Assembly: GCF_003704095.1 (NCBI RefSeq)
Contig: NW_020843606.1
Coordinates: 248,001-312,000, forward strand
Length of the DNA: 64,000 nucleotides
Direction: 5' to 3'
DNA from: Pocillopora damicornis
Lineage: Eukaryota
In this document: positions 62,133 through 64,000 of the stretch, piece by piece
Position numbering within the stretch: position 1 is the first letter of the stretch
Layout: each line of letters starts with the position of its first letter
Position numbers and translations under genes: made by a program
The notes under the pieces: model-generated
The model's input: only the letters and a program-made list of their open reading frames with translations
Databases searched by the model: none
What the model was told of the DNA's origin: nothing

Positions 62133-62908
62133 CTATTCAATGGCTTCGTACAGATGTTGGGATTGCGCGGTATTGCGGCGATTCTGTGAACTGACTGAAG
62201 CCCCCCTGATTGGCTGGTTCTGAGAGCTCAGTGAGGCTCCTCGGCTTGGACCGTTTTTCGCCTGGTCTTGAATGATCGGCGGTAATTCCGCTTCATCCTC
62301 GTCAGTCACTGAAAAGTGAGTGACGCCATGTTTGTTGTCAAACCCATCGTCTGTGAAGTGGGCCACAACCTGAAAACCCATGAAAACATTCAAGAAGTTT
62401 GATATACAAATCCTTCTGCAAAAATCATGGAATGGCATTTCCTTTATTTCTTTAATAATGAAGCATACAATTTAGTTCATTTCAACGGTGATCCTCGAGG
62501 TATAATTGAGAGAACACAAGACAGGTGGGAAAAGCACCGATTTCCGGTTGATGTTAGCATTTCGTATCAGAGGAAGTACGAAGAATCATGAAAAGCTCTC
62601 GAAAACATAAAATGCCAGAAAATGTTTTGGTTAATGGTTAGCCACGTGTAGCCATGTCTGGCCGGCTATGATCTGCCTAGTCACTCCTGGGTCCTAATAC
62701 TCAAGGTACATCTGCTTTTGTGTGGGCTCTTACCTCTTGTACTTCGTCCTCAGCCTCTTCATAAGCGCCATCCTCCTGTGTCTCCATGATGTCTGCCATT
62801 TCAATGGTCAACGTACCGTTTCTCTGTGACTTTGACCGTGGGGAAAATGGATTTGTGTAGAGAGATGGATTCTTTTCCGTTCTAGTTGGCCTTGGTTTTA
62901 GAGCTGGT
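62133..62908 (-). CDS. Last two coding exons of an unidentified gene extending beyond the window; low-complexity, probably cytoplasmic tail
   Basis: Exon 62908-62734 (PALKPRPTRTEKNPSLYTNPF...DGAYEEAEDEVQE; cag acceptor, GAG|gtaaga donor) splices in phase 0 to 62369-62133 (VVAHFTDDGF...SQHLYEAIE*; ttttcag acceptor). No domain recognised. Confidence 0.65.
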
Positions 62909-64000
62909 CTGTGTTTATGAAAGAAATTAAGATGATAGGTATAGATAGGTATTTTATTATAAGACTTTGCAGTCCCGCGGCTGAGTTATTCATAACAATG
63001 ATGCAATTAAATATTTACATAAATATATCTATCAAAACTAAGTACAAAGATAATTTCTAATAAAATGGCAATATAACCTAAAATTTTATATAATTTACTG
63101 ACCTCAATCGAAGAGGATATACAAAAACTATTCTTAACTCAGTTTTAACCGTTACTAAGGTAAGGTAGGTAAAGCCATAAATTAAACAGTCAAACATTCC
63201 TTCAAGCATTCGGAAGCATTGATAATACGTACTGTTTCCGGATTCGACGATAGAAAAAGCAAGCCAGGAAGATAAGGAAAAATAGCATGATTATTAAAAC
63301 CCAGAGGAAAGGCCCTAGAAAAAAAGGGAGAAAAAAAATGATTTAAAGTTGAGAATTCTCATCGTTATCTCATTGTTACAAAAAAATAATGAACTGTTCT
63401 CTCTCGTGCCATAAGTAATATGATGGCTACTTACACCACCAATAGTGTCGAATCGCAATTTCACTTTTTGTGATTATGGTGTGCGCTGGAAAGTAAATAG
63501 ATAAGTTCTATTAGCCAATATTTTACGCAAATCTGTCCGGACGCGTAACTTCTTGTATAACTTTATTACTTTATATGATTTTCCTCGTAATCAAATCTAT
63601 AAGAAAATTCTCGAAGGCGATTGGTTATCATCAGCCCGATTTGAGCACCAATAGGACAGTGTGTGCGTCAAGCTTGTCATTGGAAAGTATAATAACAGAC
63701 CGAATTAGACTCCACTCGGTCCTATCACCAATAGTAAGCCAAGATTGACAGTTCAAGATCTTCTTTGAGTCGCACATAGTGGTTGTCACTTTACCTAGCT
63801 CCTGAGAAATCAAATGTAAGGCTCTTCGATCGCAATTAACTTCCCACTTCTTTAGTAATGAATTTCTTCAGTTAGACGTCCAGCAAGATGTTGGAAATAT
63901 ATTGAAGGATTCCATCCAAAATGAACTTTGAAAAAAAACCAGTTACAAAAATTCTAAAGAAATTACACATTCTCTTCCTCTTCCGTAGTTTATTTATGAT

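Overview
Intron-rich, AT-rich animal genomic DNA. A cnidarian, probably a stony coral, is inferred from the coadhesin-type genes and the repeat families; there is one 77-N gap at 8837-8913. I spliced three complete genes by hand using GT-AG sites and reading-frame phase, and each model's total length is divisible by 3. (1) HBP1 on + (5616-12864, 8 coding exons, ~422 aa): AXH domain, Sin3-interaction helix and HMG box, apparently preceded by an unexpected N-terminal C2H2 zinc finger. (2) Coadhesin-like paralog A on + (17716-~33200, ~21 exons, ~1545 aa): signal peptide, F5/8C, 2xTSP1, Thr/Glu/Ala mucin stalk, 3xVWA, TSP1, F5/8C, TM, Cys cluster, Tyr-motif tail. (3) Coadhesin-like paralog B on - (55663-37437, 29 exons, ~1984 aa): same architecture and intron phases, but 11 N-terminal TSP1 repeats and only a 15-aa Thr linker. 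The two paralogs converge tail-to-tail across a TE-rich spacer holding a decayed Penelope (RT/GIY-YIG) element with an intact minimal hammerhead ribozyme. The last two exons of a fourth minus-strand gene (62133-62908), MITEs, SINE/LINE remnants and microsatellites fill the rest. The best candidate for a new system is the convergent adhesion-receptor pair. One copy swaps nine TSP1 modules for a mucin stalk of similar predicted length, while both keep MIDAS-less VWA domains and a conserved, probably palmitoylated, YMxM-bearing tail.
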